A stretch of 64,000 nt of DNA from an uncultured Actinomycetes bacterium (GCA_963758695.1 CAVWWM010000018.1:10234-74233); one strand, 5' to 3'; counted from the first letter of the stretch, positions 9,436-19,533 are shown. A program made the numbers and translations. The notes: a model not told the origin generated them from the letters alone.

Positions 9436-10377
9436 TCAGTTGACCTGGTAGTCGGGTGGCTCGCCGGTCAGCACCTTGACCACCTGGGTCGCCGCCTTGC
9501 GCTGCGACTCGGCGAGCGCCTCCTCCGAGTAGTAGGCCATGTGCGGGGTGGCGATCAGATTGGGGACACCGTCGATCCGCTCCGCGTCGAGTGGCTCGCG
9601 GTCGAAGACGTCGAGGGCGGCAGCCCCCAACCGGCCATCGGCTAGTGCCGCGGTGACCGCATCCAGGTCGACCAGCGGTCCCCGCGACGTGTTCACCAGG
9701 ATGGCGCCGGGCCGCATCCGGGCGACGGCGTCGGCGTCGATGATCCCCCTGGTCTCCGGGGTGAGCGGGGCATGGATGGAGATGATGTCGGCCCGCTCCA
9801 ACAACTCATCGAACCCGACCAGCGATGGCCCGACGGGATCGGGGCGCAGGTAGGGGTCGTGGACGATGAGATCAGCGCCGACCGCCTCGAAGAACGCGCC
9901 CAGTCTGCGACCGATCCGCCCGTATCCGAGCAGACCGACGGTGAGAAGGCTGAGCCGTCTGATGGGGCGTACGCCATCGATCCCCCACTTTCCCTCGGCG
10001 ACCATCTTCTGGGCGGTGGGGAGACGTCGCAGCGCAGCCAACAACAAGGTCAGGGCGTGGACCGCCACCTCCTCGACCGAGTAGTCAGGGACGTTGGTGA
10101 CGACGATGTCATGGCGACGGGCCGCCTCGAGATCGATGTTGTCGACCCCAATGCCGTAACGGGCGATGATCCGGCAGCGATCCAGCCTGGCCAGCGCCGG
10201 CTCGTCCCATGGCAGATAGGTGTTGAGGATGGCGTCGGCATCGGACGCCACCGCCAGCACCTGCTCCATGTCGCCATCGGCGACCTCGAGGTCGGCGTCG
10301 ATGCCGGCGAGCATGGCGCGCTCGGTGTCGACATTGGGGAAGACTTGGTCGCTGACCACGACCTTGAAACGGGCCAA
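9436..10377 (-). CDS. D-isomer-specific 2-hydroxyacid dehydrogenase (CtBP/PGDH-like)
   Basis: Intact 313-aa ORF. NAD motif GLLGYGRIGRRLG; NTSRG; TPHMAYYSEE. Confidence 0.9.
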   Translation of the reverse strand: MARFKVVVSDQVFPNVDTERAMLAGIDADLEVADGDMEQVLAVASDADAILNTYLPWDEPALARLDRCRIIARYGIGVDNIDLEAARRHDIVVTNVPDYSVEEVAVHALTLLLAALRRLPTAQKMVAEGKWGIDGVRPIRRLSLLTVGLLGYGRIGRRLGAFFEAVGADLIVHDPYLRPDPVGPSLVGFDELLERADIISIHAPLTPETRGIIDADAVARMRPGAILVNTSRGPLVDLDAVTAALADGRLGAAALDVFDREPLDAERIDGVPNLIATPHMAYYSEEALAESQRKAATQVVKVLTGEPPDYQVN

Positions 10378-10446
10378 GAAAGTGCCTCCGGGGGGTGGGA
10401 CGTGGATCGTATAGGAGAGTCGGAAGACGGAGCCGAACTAGACGCC

Positions 10447-10577
10447 AGACGGCAGACGGCAGACGGCAGCCATTCTTCTCTGTCCCCCCGAAGGGGGAAG
10501 GGCCCCGCTGTGGAGCAGCGGGTAGGGGGGCTGGTTAACTCCCACGGGGCCTAGACGGCAGACGGCAGACGGCAGCC
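10447..10577. repeat. GC-rich palindromic repeat, short form (module 1, forward), bracketed by perfect 25-bp direct repeats of AGACGGC heptamers
   Basis: AGACGGCAGACGGCAGACGGCAGCC occurs at 10447-10471 and again at 10553-10577. Core at 10483-10534: TCCCCCCGAAGGGGGAAGGGCCCCGCTGTGGAGCAGCGGGTAGGGGGGCTGG. Confidence 0.9.
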
Positions 10578-10591
10578 AATCCAGGCGGGAG

Positions 10592-11941
10592 CTAGCTCTT
10601 CGCGGTTCCCATCCCGGGGAGGAACCTCCCGCTTCGAAGCTCGTGGCACCTTCCGTCGCTGGCTATCTCCTCGCCGCGGAGGAACGTAGCCACGGCCCGG
10701 CCTCTGAATGTGCGGCCTTCGAAGGGGGACCATCCTGCCTTGGACAGGATGTCGGCCCGGTGCACGGTCCAGGTGGCATTGGGATCCACCAGCACCAGGT
10801 CGGTGTCGGCGCCGACGGTGATCGTCCCCTTGGCAGGTGCCAGCCCGTACCGCTCCGCCGGGAAGGCTGCACAGCGGACGGCCACCTCCTCGAGGGTGAG
10901 CACGCCGCGCAGGGCGGCGTCGATCATGAAGGGATATGTGGTGTCCAGGCCGGGCAGCCCGAAGGGCGCTTCCCAGATGTCCCCTCCCAGCTTCTGCTCG
11001 AGAGTGGAGGGGGCGTGATCGGTGGCGACATGGGTGAGCGACCCGTCCCGCAGCGCCCGCCACATCTCGTCGCGCTCGTCGTCGCTGCGACTGCGTGCCG
11101 GGGGGGTGAACTTGCGGAGGGCTCCCTCGCTTCTGATCTCGGACTCGTCTAGCGCCAGATACTGAGGACAGGCCTCGGCGGCGGCGTCTGCCCCCCAACT
11201 CCGAGCGGTCTGAACCGCGGTCACCGCTTCGCCGCTGCTGACATGGGCGAAGGTGATGGCGGCACCGGTGGCAGCGGCCAGCGCACCGACCACGGTGAGC
11301 GCCGTGATCTCGGCACGCCGGCTGCGCCACTCGATGAGCAGGTCCGGATCGTGCCGGCCCGCCTGCCGCAGCGCCCACTCGGCCATTGCCGTCATCGTCT
11401 CGTCCTCGCAGTGCACCAGCGCCCGTCCGTCCACTCTCGCCAGCGCGGTCAACGCACCGAGCAACTCGGCGGCGGATAGCCCGGGAACGCCGTGGGTGGT
11501 GCAGGTGAACAGCTTGAAGAAGGCGACACCGGCTCGCCATAGCTCCGGCATCCCCGTGATGTCCTCCGGCCAGACGTGGGCGGCAAGCCCGTAGTCGACG
11601 TTCGATCGGCCGACCAGGTGCTCCCGTTTGGCCGCCAGGTCCGCCGGGTTTCGTACCGGGTGGGCATGGGTGTGTTCGACGACGGTGGTCACCCCCCTGA
11701 CGGCGGCCGCCCTGGTCCCGGTGGGGAAATCCTCCCGCTCGGCGGGGCCGGGGTCCATCAGGTGGACATGGGTGTCCACCATCCCGGGGAGCACCAACAG
11801 ACCCGTGGCGTCCACCACCCGACCACGACCCTCGAGGTGCCCGATGGCGGTGATCACGCCATCTGCCGAAGCCAGGTCGGCCACCACCACCCCCTTGGGG
11901 GTCACCAGCGAGCCCCCCGTGATGGTGAGGTCGGGGGTCAT
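10592..11941 (-). CDS. Cyclic amidohydrolase (allantoinase / dihydropyrimidinase / hydantoinase / dihydroorotase superfamily)
   Basis: Intact 449-aa ORF. Metal motifs VDTHVHL, FKLFT (candidate carbamylated Lys), HCED, ATDHAP. Confidence 0.88.
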   Translation of the reverse strand: MTPDLTITGGSLVTPKGVVVADLASADGVITAIGHLEGRGRVVDATGLLVLPGMVDTHVHLMDPGPAEREDFPTGTRAAAVRGVTTVVEHTHAHPVRNPADLAAKREHLVGRSNVDYGLAAHVWPEDITGMPELWRAGVAFFKLFTCTTHGVPGLSAAELLGALTALARVDGRALVHCEDETMTAMAEWALRQAGRHDPDLLIEWRSRRAEITALTVVGALAAATGAAITFAHVSSGEAVTAVQTARSWGADAAAEACPQYLALDESEIRSEGALRKFTPPARSRSDDERDEMWRALRDGSLTHVATDHAPSTLEQKLGGDIWEAPFGLPGLDTTYPFMIDAALRGVLTLEEVAVRCAAFPAERYGLAPAKGTITVGADTDLVLVDPNATWTVHRADILSKAGWSPFEGRTFRGRAVATFLRGEEIASDGRCHELRSGRFLPGMGTAKS

Positions 11942-12912
11942 CGGGGTCGGAGGAGGACCTTGAGCGAATCGGGGTCGTCAACCAAGGCGAATGCGGCGGC
12001 GACGTCATCGAGGGTGACAGAGTGGGTGACGATGGGCTCCAGGCTGACCCGACCCGCCGCCGCCAGCCCCACCGCGGTTGCGTAGTCGTCGATCAGGGCG
12101 GCACGCGGGTTGTGGAGCCTGAGCTCCTTGGCGTACATCTGGTAGTAGGGAAGTCCTTTGTCGCCACCTGCAATGGTCCCGAAGACCAGCACCTCGCCAC
12201 CTATCCCGGCCAATTCGATGGAAAGGGCCAGGGTGGCCTCGTACCCGGCCGCCTCGACCACCAGTTCGGGACCGCGTCCAGCGGTGAGCTCGTCGAGCAC
12301 GGCAGGTGCCTCGTCGGGGTGGGCGGTGACGGTGGCACCGAGCCGTTCCGCCAGTTCCCGTTTGGCGGATGACCTGGTGAACCCGGCGACGACGGCGCCG
12401 CGCAGCGCCAGTAGCTGGGCCATGAGCTGGCCGGCCACTCCCAGCCCGACCACCGCTGCCACCTGACCGGGAAACACCTCGATTGATCGCTGGGCGTGGA
12501 CACACGTTCCCAGCACCTGGAGCAACCCCGAAGCGCTGGGGGTGATCGACTTCGGCACCTCGACCAACCGCTCCTCGGGCACGGCCACGAGGTCGGCGAA
12601 CACCCCTGGCGAGTCGCGGCCCATCAACCCCCCGAACCGGCAGAGATTGGGCCGATTGCGCCGGCACAGGTCACACCGGCCGCAGGAGACGGCGGGATCG
12701 ATCAGGACCCTGGTGCCGGATGGGAAGGAAGATCCCTCCGGCGCCGCCAGCACTTCGCCCACCATTTCGTGGCCGGGCACGATGGGGAACTGCGCCGGTA
12801 TGCGGCCGGTGAAGATCTTGAGGTCGGTGCCGCATATCCCCAGCGTTTCGGGGATCACCGTCACCATCCCGGCTTCCTCCGGCGACGGCACCTCGGCAAG
12901 GGTGACCTGCAA
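11938..12912 (-). CDS. Zn-dependent medium-chain alcohol / threonine dehydrogenase-like oxidoreductase
   Basis: GICGTDL, GHEMVGEV, structural-Zn CGRCDLCRRNRPNLC, VVGLGVAGQL. ATGA overlap with the downstream gene. Family-like sequence (LRAALLTEP) continues upstream of the TTG at 12912 to a CTG near 12936, so the start is uncertain. Confidence 0.85.
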   Translation of the reverse strand: MQVTLAEVPSPEEAGMVTVIPETLGICGTDLKIFTGRIPAQFPIVPGHEMVGEVLAAPEGSSFPSGTRVLIDPAVSCGRCDLCRRNRPNLCRFGGLMGRDSPGVFADLVAVPEERLVEVPKSITPSASGLLQVLGTCVHAQRSIEVFPGQVAAVVGLGVAGQLMAQLLALRGAVVAGFTRSSAKRELAERLGATVTAHPDEAPAVLDELTAGRGPELVVEAAGYEATLALSIELAGIGGEVLVFGTIAGGDKGLPYYQMYAKELRLHNPRAALIDDYATAVGLAAAGRVSLEPIVTHSVTLDDVAAAFALVDDPDSLKVLLRPR

Positions 12913-12985
12913 CGGCTCGGTAAGCAGTGCGGCGCGCAGTTCGCTCTCCTTGCGCTCGTTTTCCCAGCCCCGGCGAGGTTATAGG

Positions 12986-13729
12986 ATGCACGAAGTCAGC
13001 GGGGAGAGGACCGAAGTGACCGATTCCGTGGTCGAGAGACTGCCGGGTCTGGCCGGGCAAAGCTTCTCCGCCACCCGGCAGACCGCCCACGAGTACGTGC
13101 GCGAGGTGCTGCGCCGAGCCATCCTCAGCGGGGACATACCCGGTGGGAGCCGGCTGGTCCAGGCGGAGCTAGCTACAACGCTCGAAGTGAGCACCACGCC
13201 GGTGCGCGAGGCGCTGCGCGACCTCGCCTCCGAGGGGCTGATCCAGTTCGACCCCCACCGCGGCGCCGTCGTCTCGGAGTTGAGCGGGGAAGAGCTTCGC
13301 GAGATCTACGAGATCCGCCGGCTCCTCGAGCCGCTGGCCATGCGCCAAGCGGTGCCGAACCTCTCCGAGGCGGTTCTCAGCAGGCTGCGCGACCTCCATC
13401 AGCAAATGGAGCGGGAGCCCCACTCGGCGCAGTGGGTGGACGAAAACCGCGCTTTCCACATGGCGGTGTACGAGGAGGCTGCCACCCCGCGGCTGGCGGC
13501 GATCATCCGTGGCCTCCAGGATGCTTCGGTGATGTACATCGGAGCCTCGATCAAGGATGTCGCCGGGCTGCGCGACAACGCCAACCGCGACCACGCCGCC
13601 ATCCTCGAGGCCCTGGAAAATCACGACGTCGAGGCGGCGGTCGAGGCTGTGCTCGAGCACCTCCAGGTGTCACTCAGGGCCTTCGACCAGCGGGCCCTGG
13701 CGGCCGGCTCGGCCCCCGCCGAGAGCTGA
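12986..13729 (+). CDS. GntR-family transcriptional regulator (FadR/FCD subfamily)
   Basis: ATG 12986 (MHEVSGERTE). wHTH LVQAELATTLEVSTTPVREALRDLASEGLI followed by an all-helical FCD-like domain. Diverges from the ADH/amidohydrolase operon. The longer ORF start at 12542 is antisense shadow. Confidence 0.88.
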   Translation: MHEVSGERTEVTDSVVERLPGLAGQSFSATRQTAHEYVREVLRRAILSGDIPGGSRLVQAELATTLEVSTTPVREALRDLASEGLIQFDPHRGAVVSELSGEELREIYEIRRLLEPLAMRQAVPNLSEAVLSRLRDLHQQMEREPHSAQWVDENRAFHMAVYEEAATPRLAAIIRGLQDASVMYIGASIKDVAGLRDNANRDHAAILEALENHDVEAAVEAVLEHLQVSLRAFDQRALAAGSAPAES

Positions 13730-13733
13730 GGCG

Positions 13734-14726
13734 ATGCCGGTCGTAGACGTCCATTGCCATCTGGCGACCGCCGGTGTGCGCCAGGCTGCCGCCCCGCACT
13801 TCCGGCCAGAGGTCGAGCCATACGACCACTTCATGGGCGAGGTGTCGCGCCAGCACAACAAGCAGATGTTCCCCGCAATCGCCGACTCGCTATCCAACCC
13901 CGAGGCGCGGCTCGAGCACATGGACCGGATGGGGGTGGATATCCAGGGTCTCGCCACCTTCGTCTCCGAGTACTGCTACTGGGTGCCGGGCGAGGTCGGT
14001 GCCGAGTTGAGCAGGATGCAGAACGACCGGATCGCCGCCGCCGTCGCCGATTACCCCGACCGCTTCGTCGCCATGGGGGCGACCGTCCCGCTCCAGGATG
14101 TGGATCTGGCCATCGCCGAGGCGGAACGGGTCGCCGGGATCGGGTTCAAGGGACTGCAGATCGGCGGGACCGTGTACGGGCGCAACCTGGACGAACCGGG
14201 CTTCCGCCCTTTCTTCGAGGCGGTGGCCGATCTCGGGCTGCCCGTCATCATCCACCCCAACGGCTTTCCCGAGAGCCAGCGGCTCGGTGACTACTTCCTG
14301 GTCAACTGCATCGGGAACCCCTTGGAGACGATGGTTTGCGCGACGCGGCTCATCTTTTCCGGGCTCTTCGAGGAGGTCCCGGCCCTCCGGCTTGTCCTAC
14401 TCCATGGCGGCGGTTACCTCCCCTTCTACGCCGCCCGGGCCGATCACACCTGGGAGGTCCGCCCGGAGACCAGGTTCAAAATCCCCGACCACCCCCCGAG
14501 CCACTACCTGCGGAGCCTCCACTACGACACGATGGTGTTCGACCCTCTCTACCTGAGGCACCTCATCGATGTCGTCGGGGTCGATCGGGTGCTCCTCGGG
14601 ACCGACTTCCCCTTCGACATGGGGGAGACCGACCCGGTTGGGCTGGTTGGGAAGGTGCCCGGACTCGACGAGGCCGACCGCACCGCCATCACCGGCGGGA
14701 ACGCCCAACGGCTGTTTGATCTCTGA
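13734..14726 (+). CDS. Amidohydrolase_2 (ACMSD-like decarboxylase/hydrolase) family protein
   Basis: ATG 13734, 5 nt after the GntR stop (MPVVDVHCHL). Motifs VIIHPNG, LLHGGGYLP, LLGTDFPFD. Confidence 0.88.
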   Translation: MPVVDVHCHLATAGVRQAAAPHFRPEVEPYDHFMGEVSRQHNKQMFPAIADSLSNPEARLEHMDRMGVDIQGLATFVSEYCYWVPGEVGAELSRMQNDRIAAAVADYPDRFVAMGATVPLQDVDLAIAEAERVAGIGFKGLQIGGTVYGRNLDEPGFRPFFEAVADLGLPVIIHPNGFPESQRLGDYFLVNCIGNPLETMVCATRLIFSGLFEEVPALRLVLLHGGGYLPFYAARADHTWEVRPETRFKIPDHPPSHYLRSLHYDTMVFDPLYLRHLIDVVGVDRVLLGTDFPFDMGETDPVGLVGKVPGLDEADRTAITGGNAQRLFDL

Positions 14727-14741
14727 TCGCGGCGGAGCCCG

Positions 14742-14751
14742 CAAACGATTG
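14742..14751. promoter_or_regulatory. LacI-type operator-like site CAAACGATTG upstream of the 14770-19533 operon
   Basis: Lies 19 nt upstream of GTG 14770. Same 10-mer as at 32565-32574. Confidence 0.4.
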
Positions 14752-14769
14752 TCGGCCTACACTCAGCCC

Positions 14770-15733
14770 GTGGCCTCGGCAACGGTCGCCATCGTCGGGA
14801 CCCGGTATCCCGACTTCGGGGTCGAGCACGAGGCGCTCGGCGACCTTGGCCGCGGAGATCGTGTCGGGTGCGGGCCGGACCAAGGAAGAGATCCTTGATG
14901 TGGCAGCCGACGCCGACGTGATACTCGCTGGCGCCGCCCCTCGATTCGACGCCACCACCATCGCCGGTCTGCGCTGCAAGGGGATCGTCCGCTACGGGGT
15001 CGGGGTGGACTCGATCGACCTGGTCGCCGCTGCTGCAGCGGGCATTTCGGTGGCCAACACCCCCAACTACGGTACCGAGGCGGTGGCGGTGCACACCCTC
15101 GCCCTGGTCCTTGCCGGTATCCGCCGGCTGCCCATGGCGGAGCGCAGGCTCCGCCGCGGCGACTGGGGGTTCGCCGAGCTGCGACCTCTCCGGTTGCCCC
15201 GCTCCATGACCGCCGGAGTGGTCGGGTTCGGGAGGATCGGACGCCGGGTGGGTCAGTTGCTCGCTGCCGTCGGGTTCGGGAGGGTCCTGGTGAACGACCC
15301 GATCCTCGATGACGAGCGGCGGCAGGCCGAGGTCGTCCCGTTGGAGACCCTGCTCGCCACCGCCGACGTGGTCACGCTCCATCTGCCCGGCGCCGGCGGT
15401 GACGCGCTCCTTGGCAGAGCGGAACTCGATCTGATGCGCCCCGGATCGGTCCTGGTCAACACCGCTCGCGGATCGTTGATCGACCTCGATGCCTTGGAGG
15501 GTGCGCTCGCCGCGGGGCGCCCGGCGGTCGCCGCCCTCGACGTCTACCCCCAGGAACCTCCGCCGACCGAACGCTTCACCTCAGAGCAACTCATACTCAC
15601 CCCGCACATGGCCTGGTACACCGAGGAAACCGAACTCGAGATGCGTCGTCAGGCTGCTGCCGAGGCGCGCCGTCTGCTTCAAGGACTTCCTCCGACAAAT
15701 CCGGTTGTCCCGGCCAAGGTGGAGGTGCAGTGA
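14770..15733 (+). pseudogene. D-isomer-specific 2-hydroxyacid dehydrogenase, frame break near 14845-14855
   Basis: First strand and helix in the frame of ORF 14569..14898 from GTG 14770 (VASATVAIVGTRYPDFGVEHEALGDLG). The rest in ORF 14846..15733 (AEIVSGAGRTKEEILDVAADADVIL...VVGFGRIGRRVG...TPHMAWYTEE). Confidence 0.8.
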
Positions 15734-16488
15734 ACCGTTCCATCGATCGGCTGGCCGCACCCGACGTGCGCACCCTGCTCGATCGGTCGGGGATGGCGGT
15801 CCTGTCATTTGGGAGCATCGAACAGCACGGACCGCATCTCCCATGCGGGACCGACACCATGGCCGCCGATCTTGTCGCTGCCGATCTCGCCGAGCGCCTC
15901 GACGCCCTGCTCGTGTCAGGCGGCCCCTACGGCGTGACCCCTATCCACGCCGGCCATCCCGGCACCGTTTCGCTGCGGCGCCGGGTCTTCGAGGATTACG
16001 TGGCGAATGTCTGCGAGGAACTGGTCGAGATGGGGGCGTCGGTCCTCGTCCTGGTCAACTGGCATGAGGGCAACATCGCCTCGCTCGACGCGGTCGCAAC
16101 CGACCTGCAGGATCGCCACGGTGTCCTGGTGGTCGCCGCCCAGGCGTGTTACACGGCGCAGCGGATCTATGCCGAACGGGGTGGCGGCCTCACCCATGGC
16201 GGTGCGATCGAGACGATGGCGGTGATGGCCGCCGATCCAACGCTTGTCCAGTGGGACACTGTCACCGAGCCGAGTCGTCCGGAGGGCGCCGAGGCTCTCG
16301 ATGCCATGCGGCGCTCCCGCGAGGTCTACGGGTACATCACCGACGTCTCGGAGTTGGCCTCCGATGGATGGTATGGCGACCCTGCCTGGGCAACCCCCGA
16401 ACTGGCTGCCGGGTTCGCCACCGAGGTTGGTGGATCGTTGGAGAAGGCGGTGCGGGGAGTGCTCGAGGCACGAGGTGGCGGTTCATGA
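15730..16488 (+). CDS. Creatininase (creatinine amidohydrolase) family protein
   Basis: GTGA overlap with the upstream gene. Motifs GSIEQHGPHLPCGTD, NWHEGN, HGGAIET. Confidence 0.88.
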   Translation: MNRSIDRLAAPDVRTLLDRSGMAVLSFGSIEQHGPHLPCGTDTMAADLVAADLAERLDALLVSGGPYGVTPIHAGHPGTVSLRRRVFEDYVANVCEELVEMGASVLVLVNWHEGNIASLDAVATDLQDRHGVLVVAAQACYTAQRIYAERGGGLTHGGAIETMAVMAADPTLVQWDTVTEPSRPEGAEALDAMRRSREVYGYITDVSELASDGWYGDPAWATPELAAGFATEVGGSLEKAVRGVLEARGGGS

Positions 16489-16865
16489 CGGTCATCGCCC
16501 CAGGCAGCTTCGACGGGGAGGGGCGGCCGGGGAGAAGGAGCGCCGACCCCTTCGCCACGTTGGCCGGGGGGACGTCGAGCGCCCGGTTTGTCCACATCGA
16601 GCCCGGTGCTAGGCGCAACGCCCACCGTCACCCCGAGAGCGAGGAGATCGTCTTCGTTGCCGGCGGCTCGGGGGCGGTCTGGCTCGATGGCACCTTCCAC
16701 GCCCTCTCCACCGGGTCGTGGGTGCAGATCCCCCGCGGCGTGCCGCACGCCACGGTGACCACCGACCCGGACGGGATCACCCTCGCCTGCTTCTTCCCCC
16801 ACCCCGACCTGAACTCGAACCTCGACGAGCTCGACATCGCCGTACCCGAATTGGAGGCACCATGA
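16485..16865 (+). CDS. Cupin-domain protein
   Basis: ATGA overlap at both ends. Cupin motifs HRHPESEEIVFVAGGSG and IPRGVPHA. Only the last 126 codons of ORF 16146..16865 look real. Confidence 0.8.
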   Translation: MTVIAPGSFDGEGRPGRRSADPFATLAGGTSSARFVHIEPGARRNAHRHPESEEIVFVAGGSGAVWLDGTFHALSTGSWVQIPRGVPHATVTTDPDGITLACFFPHPDLNSNLDELDIAVPELEAP

Positions 16866-17938
16866 CCAACGGTCGCCCGATGAGCGATCCGGTCCGGCTC
16901 GCACCCATTGGCTTGGGTCGCTGGGCCCGCGTTCTCGCACGCGGTGCGCAGCGGGGAGCGGTGATCGAACTTGCCAACTGCTTCTCTCGCAGCGAGGAGT
17001 CGCGCACCGCTTTCCAGGAGGAGTTCGGCATACCCCGGGCGGCGGTGACGCTCGACGAGCTGCTATCCGATCCCGAGATCGAAGGGGTGGTGGTCACCAC
17101 CCCAAACGACGTCCATATGCCGGTCATCCTCGATTGCCTTGAGGCCGGCAAGGCGGTCTACACAGACAAGCCGATCGCCCACACCATCGAGGATGCCGCC
17201 GAGATCGCCGCCGCGGTCGAACGGACCGGGATGGTGTTCGCCGTTGGGCACAGCGCCCGACGTCTCTCCGGGCACCGGGTGATGAAGCAATGGATCGATG
17301 AGGGAAGAATCGGCCGGGTTTCCCTGGCCGAGGCCAACTTCTCCAATGAGAGGGGACTCGAGCTCACCCCTTCGACCTGGAGGTTCTTCGCCGACAAGAG
17401 CCCCGGCGGCGCCCTCATCCAACTCGGGGTCCACCACGCCGACAACCTCCAATACCTCCTCGGGCCGGTGGCTGCGGTGAGTGCCCACGCTCGCCGTCTC
17501 TACACGGAGGCCGAGGTCCCCGATGCGGTGATGTGCATTCTCGAGTTCGAGTCGGGACAGCTCGGCTACCTGGGCACCGGATGGGCCTCCCCAGGGGTGT
17601 ACCAGATGCGGCTGCTCGGGACCGAAGCCAACCTCTTGTACGACCTCGATTTCACCCAGTGGGACCAGTCGCACCTGGTGGACGGGGCGAGCAAGCTGGT
17701 GAGCCAGGCGTTCCGGAGCCCGGAGCGCCCCGAAGTGCCGCTTCCTCCCACCGACATGTTCCGTGAGCAACTCGAGGAATTCGCCCTGGCCATAAGGGGT
17801 GAGGCCGAGGTGGAGGTGGGTGCCATCGAGGGGATCCGCGCCTTGGCGGTGGTGGCCGCAGCGCTGAGGTCATCGCAAGATGGTGGCCGGGCGGTCGAGG
17901 TGGCCCCACTGCTGGCCGGTGTCGGCGTGGCGGCTTGA
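16862..17938 (+). CDS. Gfo/Idh/MocA family oxidoreductase
   Basis: ATG 16862 (MTNGRPMSDPVRLAPIGLGRWA). VYTDKPIAHT variant of the EKP motif. Confidence 0.88.
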   Translation: MTNGRPMSDPVRLAPIGLGRWARVLARGAQRGAVIELANCFSRSEESRTAFQEEFGIPRAAVTLDELLSDPEIEGVVVTTPNDVHMPVILDCLEAGKAVYTDKPIAHTIEDAAEIAAAVERTGMVFAVGHSARRLSGHRVMKQWIDEGRIGRVSLAEANFSNERGLELTPSTWRFFADKSPGGALIQLGVHHADNLQYLLGPVAAVSAHARRLYTEAEVPDAVMCILEFESGQLGYLGTGWASPGVYQMRLLGTEANLLYDLDFTQWDQSHLVDGASKLVSQAFRSPERPEVPLPPTDMFREQLEEFALAIRGEAEVEVGAIEGIRALAVVAAALRSSQDGGRAVEVAPLLAGVGVAA

Positions 17939-17952
17939 AGGAGGAGCGAGAA

Positions 17953-19533
17953 ATGGCGGAGACCGCAGACGTGGTGGTGGCCGGTGGGGGCCACAACAGC
18001 CTGATAACAGCCGCCTACTTGGCTCGTGCCGGGCTCGAGGTGGTGGTCCTCGACGCTCGTCCCGAGGCGGGGGGTGGCGCCGCCACCGAGGAGTTGACCC
18101 TTCCCGGGTTCCACTTCGACAGTTGCTCCACCGGACACACTCTGATCCAGGTCAACCCGGTGCTGAGCCGTGACGAGTTGGGCCTCATCTCGGAGTACGG
18201 GCTCACCTACGTCGATCCCGACCCTGTCGCCCACGTGGTCTTTCCCGACGGCGAGCACTTCACAATGTGGCTCGACCTCGACCGCACCCTTGACGAAATC
18301 GCCCGGTTCTCGAAAGCCGATGCCGATGCTTACCGGCGGATGCTCGCCGAGTGGGACGACGTGAAGGGTGTGTTCGGCAAATGGCGGTTCAACCCGATCG
18401 GGTATGGCCCCGGTTTGGAGGAGGCGCTCGCCGCCGCACCGGGGGGCGGACGCTGGCTGAGGCGCAACGCCCAGTCGTCATGGCAGGTCATCTCCAATCT
18501 CTTTGAGAGCCGCCACATCCAGGCGTTTCTCGCCTGGATGGCCTTCCAGACGGCACAGCCGATCGACTCAGCCGGTTCAGGCGTGCTTGCAGCGTCATCG
18601 GTGGGGGGTCGGCAGGTGCGAAGTTGGTCGATCCCGCTGGGCGGTTCGGCTGCTCTCCCGCGTGCTCTGGTCCGTGCAATCGAGGACCACGGCGGCCGCG
18701 TCTTGACCAACCGGTTCATCACCGGACTCGTGCTCGAAGGGGACCGCTGCGTAGGGGTTGAGACAGAAGAGGGTGATACCTTCATCGCCCGCACCGCCGT
18801 CGTCTCCTCGATCCATGTCAAGTCCTTGGTCGGCATGGCGCCTGCGGCCGCCTGGGGTGACGAGTTCCTCGAAGGTGTCGACACCTTTGACCCGGGGATG
18901 CCGTCGTTCGCTTCCTACTACGCCACGACGGAGCCACCGCAGTTCTTGTCGGGCGACGATGGGACCCGCACCGCGGTGTCAGCGGGGTACGTGCCCTGGC
19001 CGGAGGACACCATCGAGTTCGGACGAGGGATCAAGGAGGGCCGCCTCCACCATGAGGGCGCTTTCCTCCTCTTCGCCACCCCGACACTGGTCGATCCTTC
19101 GCGGGCGCCACAGGATCACCACACGGTCAAGATCCTGAGCATGGCCCCATACGAACTGTCCGACGGGAACTGGGAGGATTGCCGCGACGAACTCGCCGCC
19201 CGCCACCTCTCGGTGCTGCAGCGCTGCGCGCCCAACCTCACCGACGACAAGGTGCTGGCGCGCCTGGCGAAGAGCCCGGTCGACATCGAGCGTTCCAACC
19301 CGCACATGTGGCACGGGACCATCCACGGGGGTGACCGGGGTCTGGCCAACAGCGGCCCGCTCCGCCCGGTGCCAGGCTGGGCGCAGCACCGCATGCCCAT
19401 CCCCGGCCTCTACCAGACCGGTGCCACCACCCACCCCGGTGGCTCCATAACCGGCGGCCCCGGCCGCAACGCCGCCATGGTCATCCTCGACGACCTCGGC
19501 GTGGGGTTTGGGAGTGTGATCACCTCCTCGTAG
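17953..19533 (+). CDS. FAD/NAD(P)-dependent oxidoreductase, phytoene-desaturase (CrtI)-like
   Basis: GAAGGAGG RBS then ATG 17953. Dinucleotide fold DVVVAGGGHNSLITAAYLARAGLEVVVLDAR. C-terminal GLYQTGATTHPGGSITGGPGRNAA. Confidence 0.85.
   Translation: MAETADVVVAGGGHNSLITAAYLARAGLEVVVLDARPEAGGGAATEELTLPGFHFDSCSTGHTLIQVNPVLSRDELGLISEYGLTYVDPDPVAHVVFPDGEHFTMWLDLDRTLDEIARFSKADADAYRRMLAEWDDVKGVFGKWRFNPIGYGPGLEEALAAAPGGGRWLRRNAQSSWQVISNLFESRHIQAFLAWMAFQTAQPIDSAGSGVLAASSVGGRQVRSWSIPLGGSAALPRALVRAIEDHGGRVLTNRFITGLVLEGDRCVGVETEEGDTFIARTAVVSSIHVKSLVGMAPAAAWGDEFLEGVDTFDPGMPSFASYYATTEPPQFLSGDDGTRTAVSAGYVPWPEDTIEFGRGIKEGRLHHEGAFLLFATPTLVDPSRAPQDHHTVKILSMAPYELSDGNWEDCRDELAARHLSVLQRCAPNLTDDKVLARLAKSPVDIERSNPHMWHGTIHGGDRGLANSGPLRPVPGWAQHRMPIPGLYQTGATTHPGGSITGGPGRNAAMVILDDLGVGFGSVITSS

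Noticed and set aside
10447-10577. Whether the heptamer arrays and the 14-bp tandem repeat (36314-36375) could be a CRISPR array
   Set aside because: The units are 7-15 nt and directly abut one another without unique spacers. There are no cas genes in the window.
15730-16488. Creatininase-family genes as mycofactocin MftE peptidases
   Set aside because: No MftA precursor, MftB/MftC radical-SAM pair or MftD/F genes are present near either copy. The context is catabolic.
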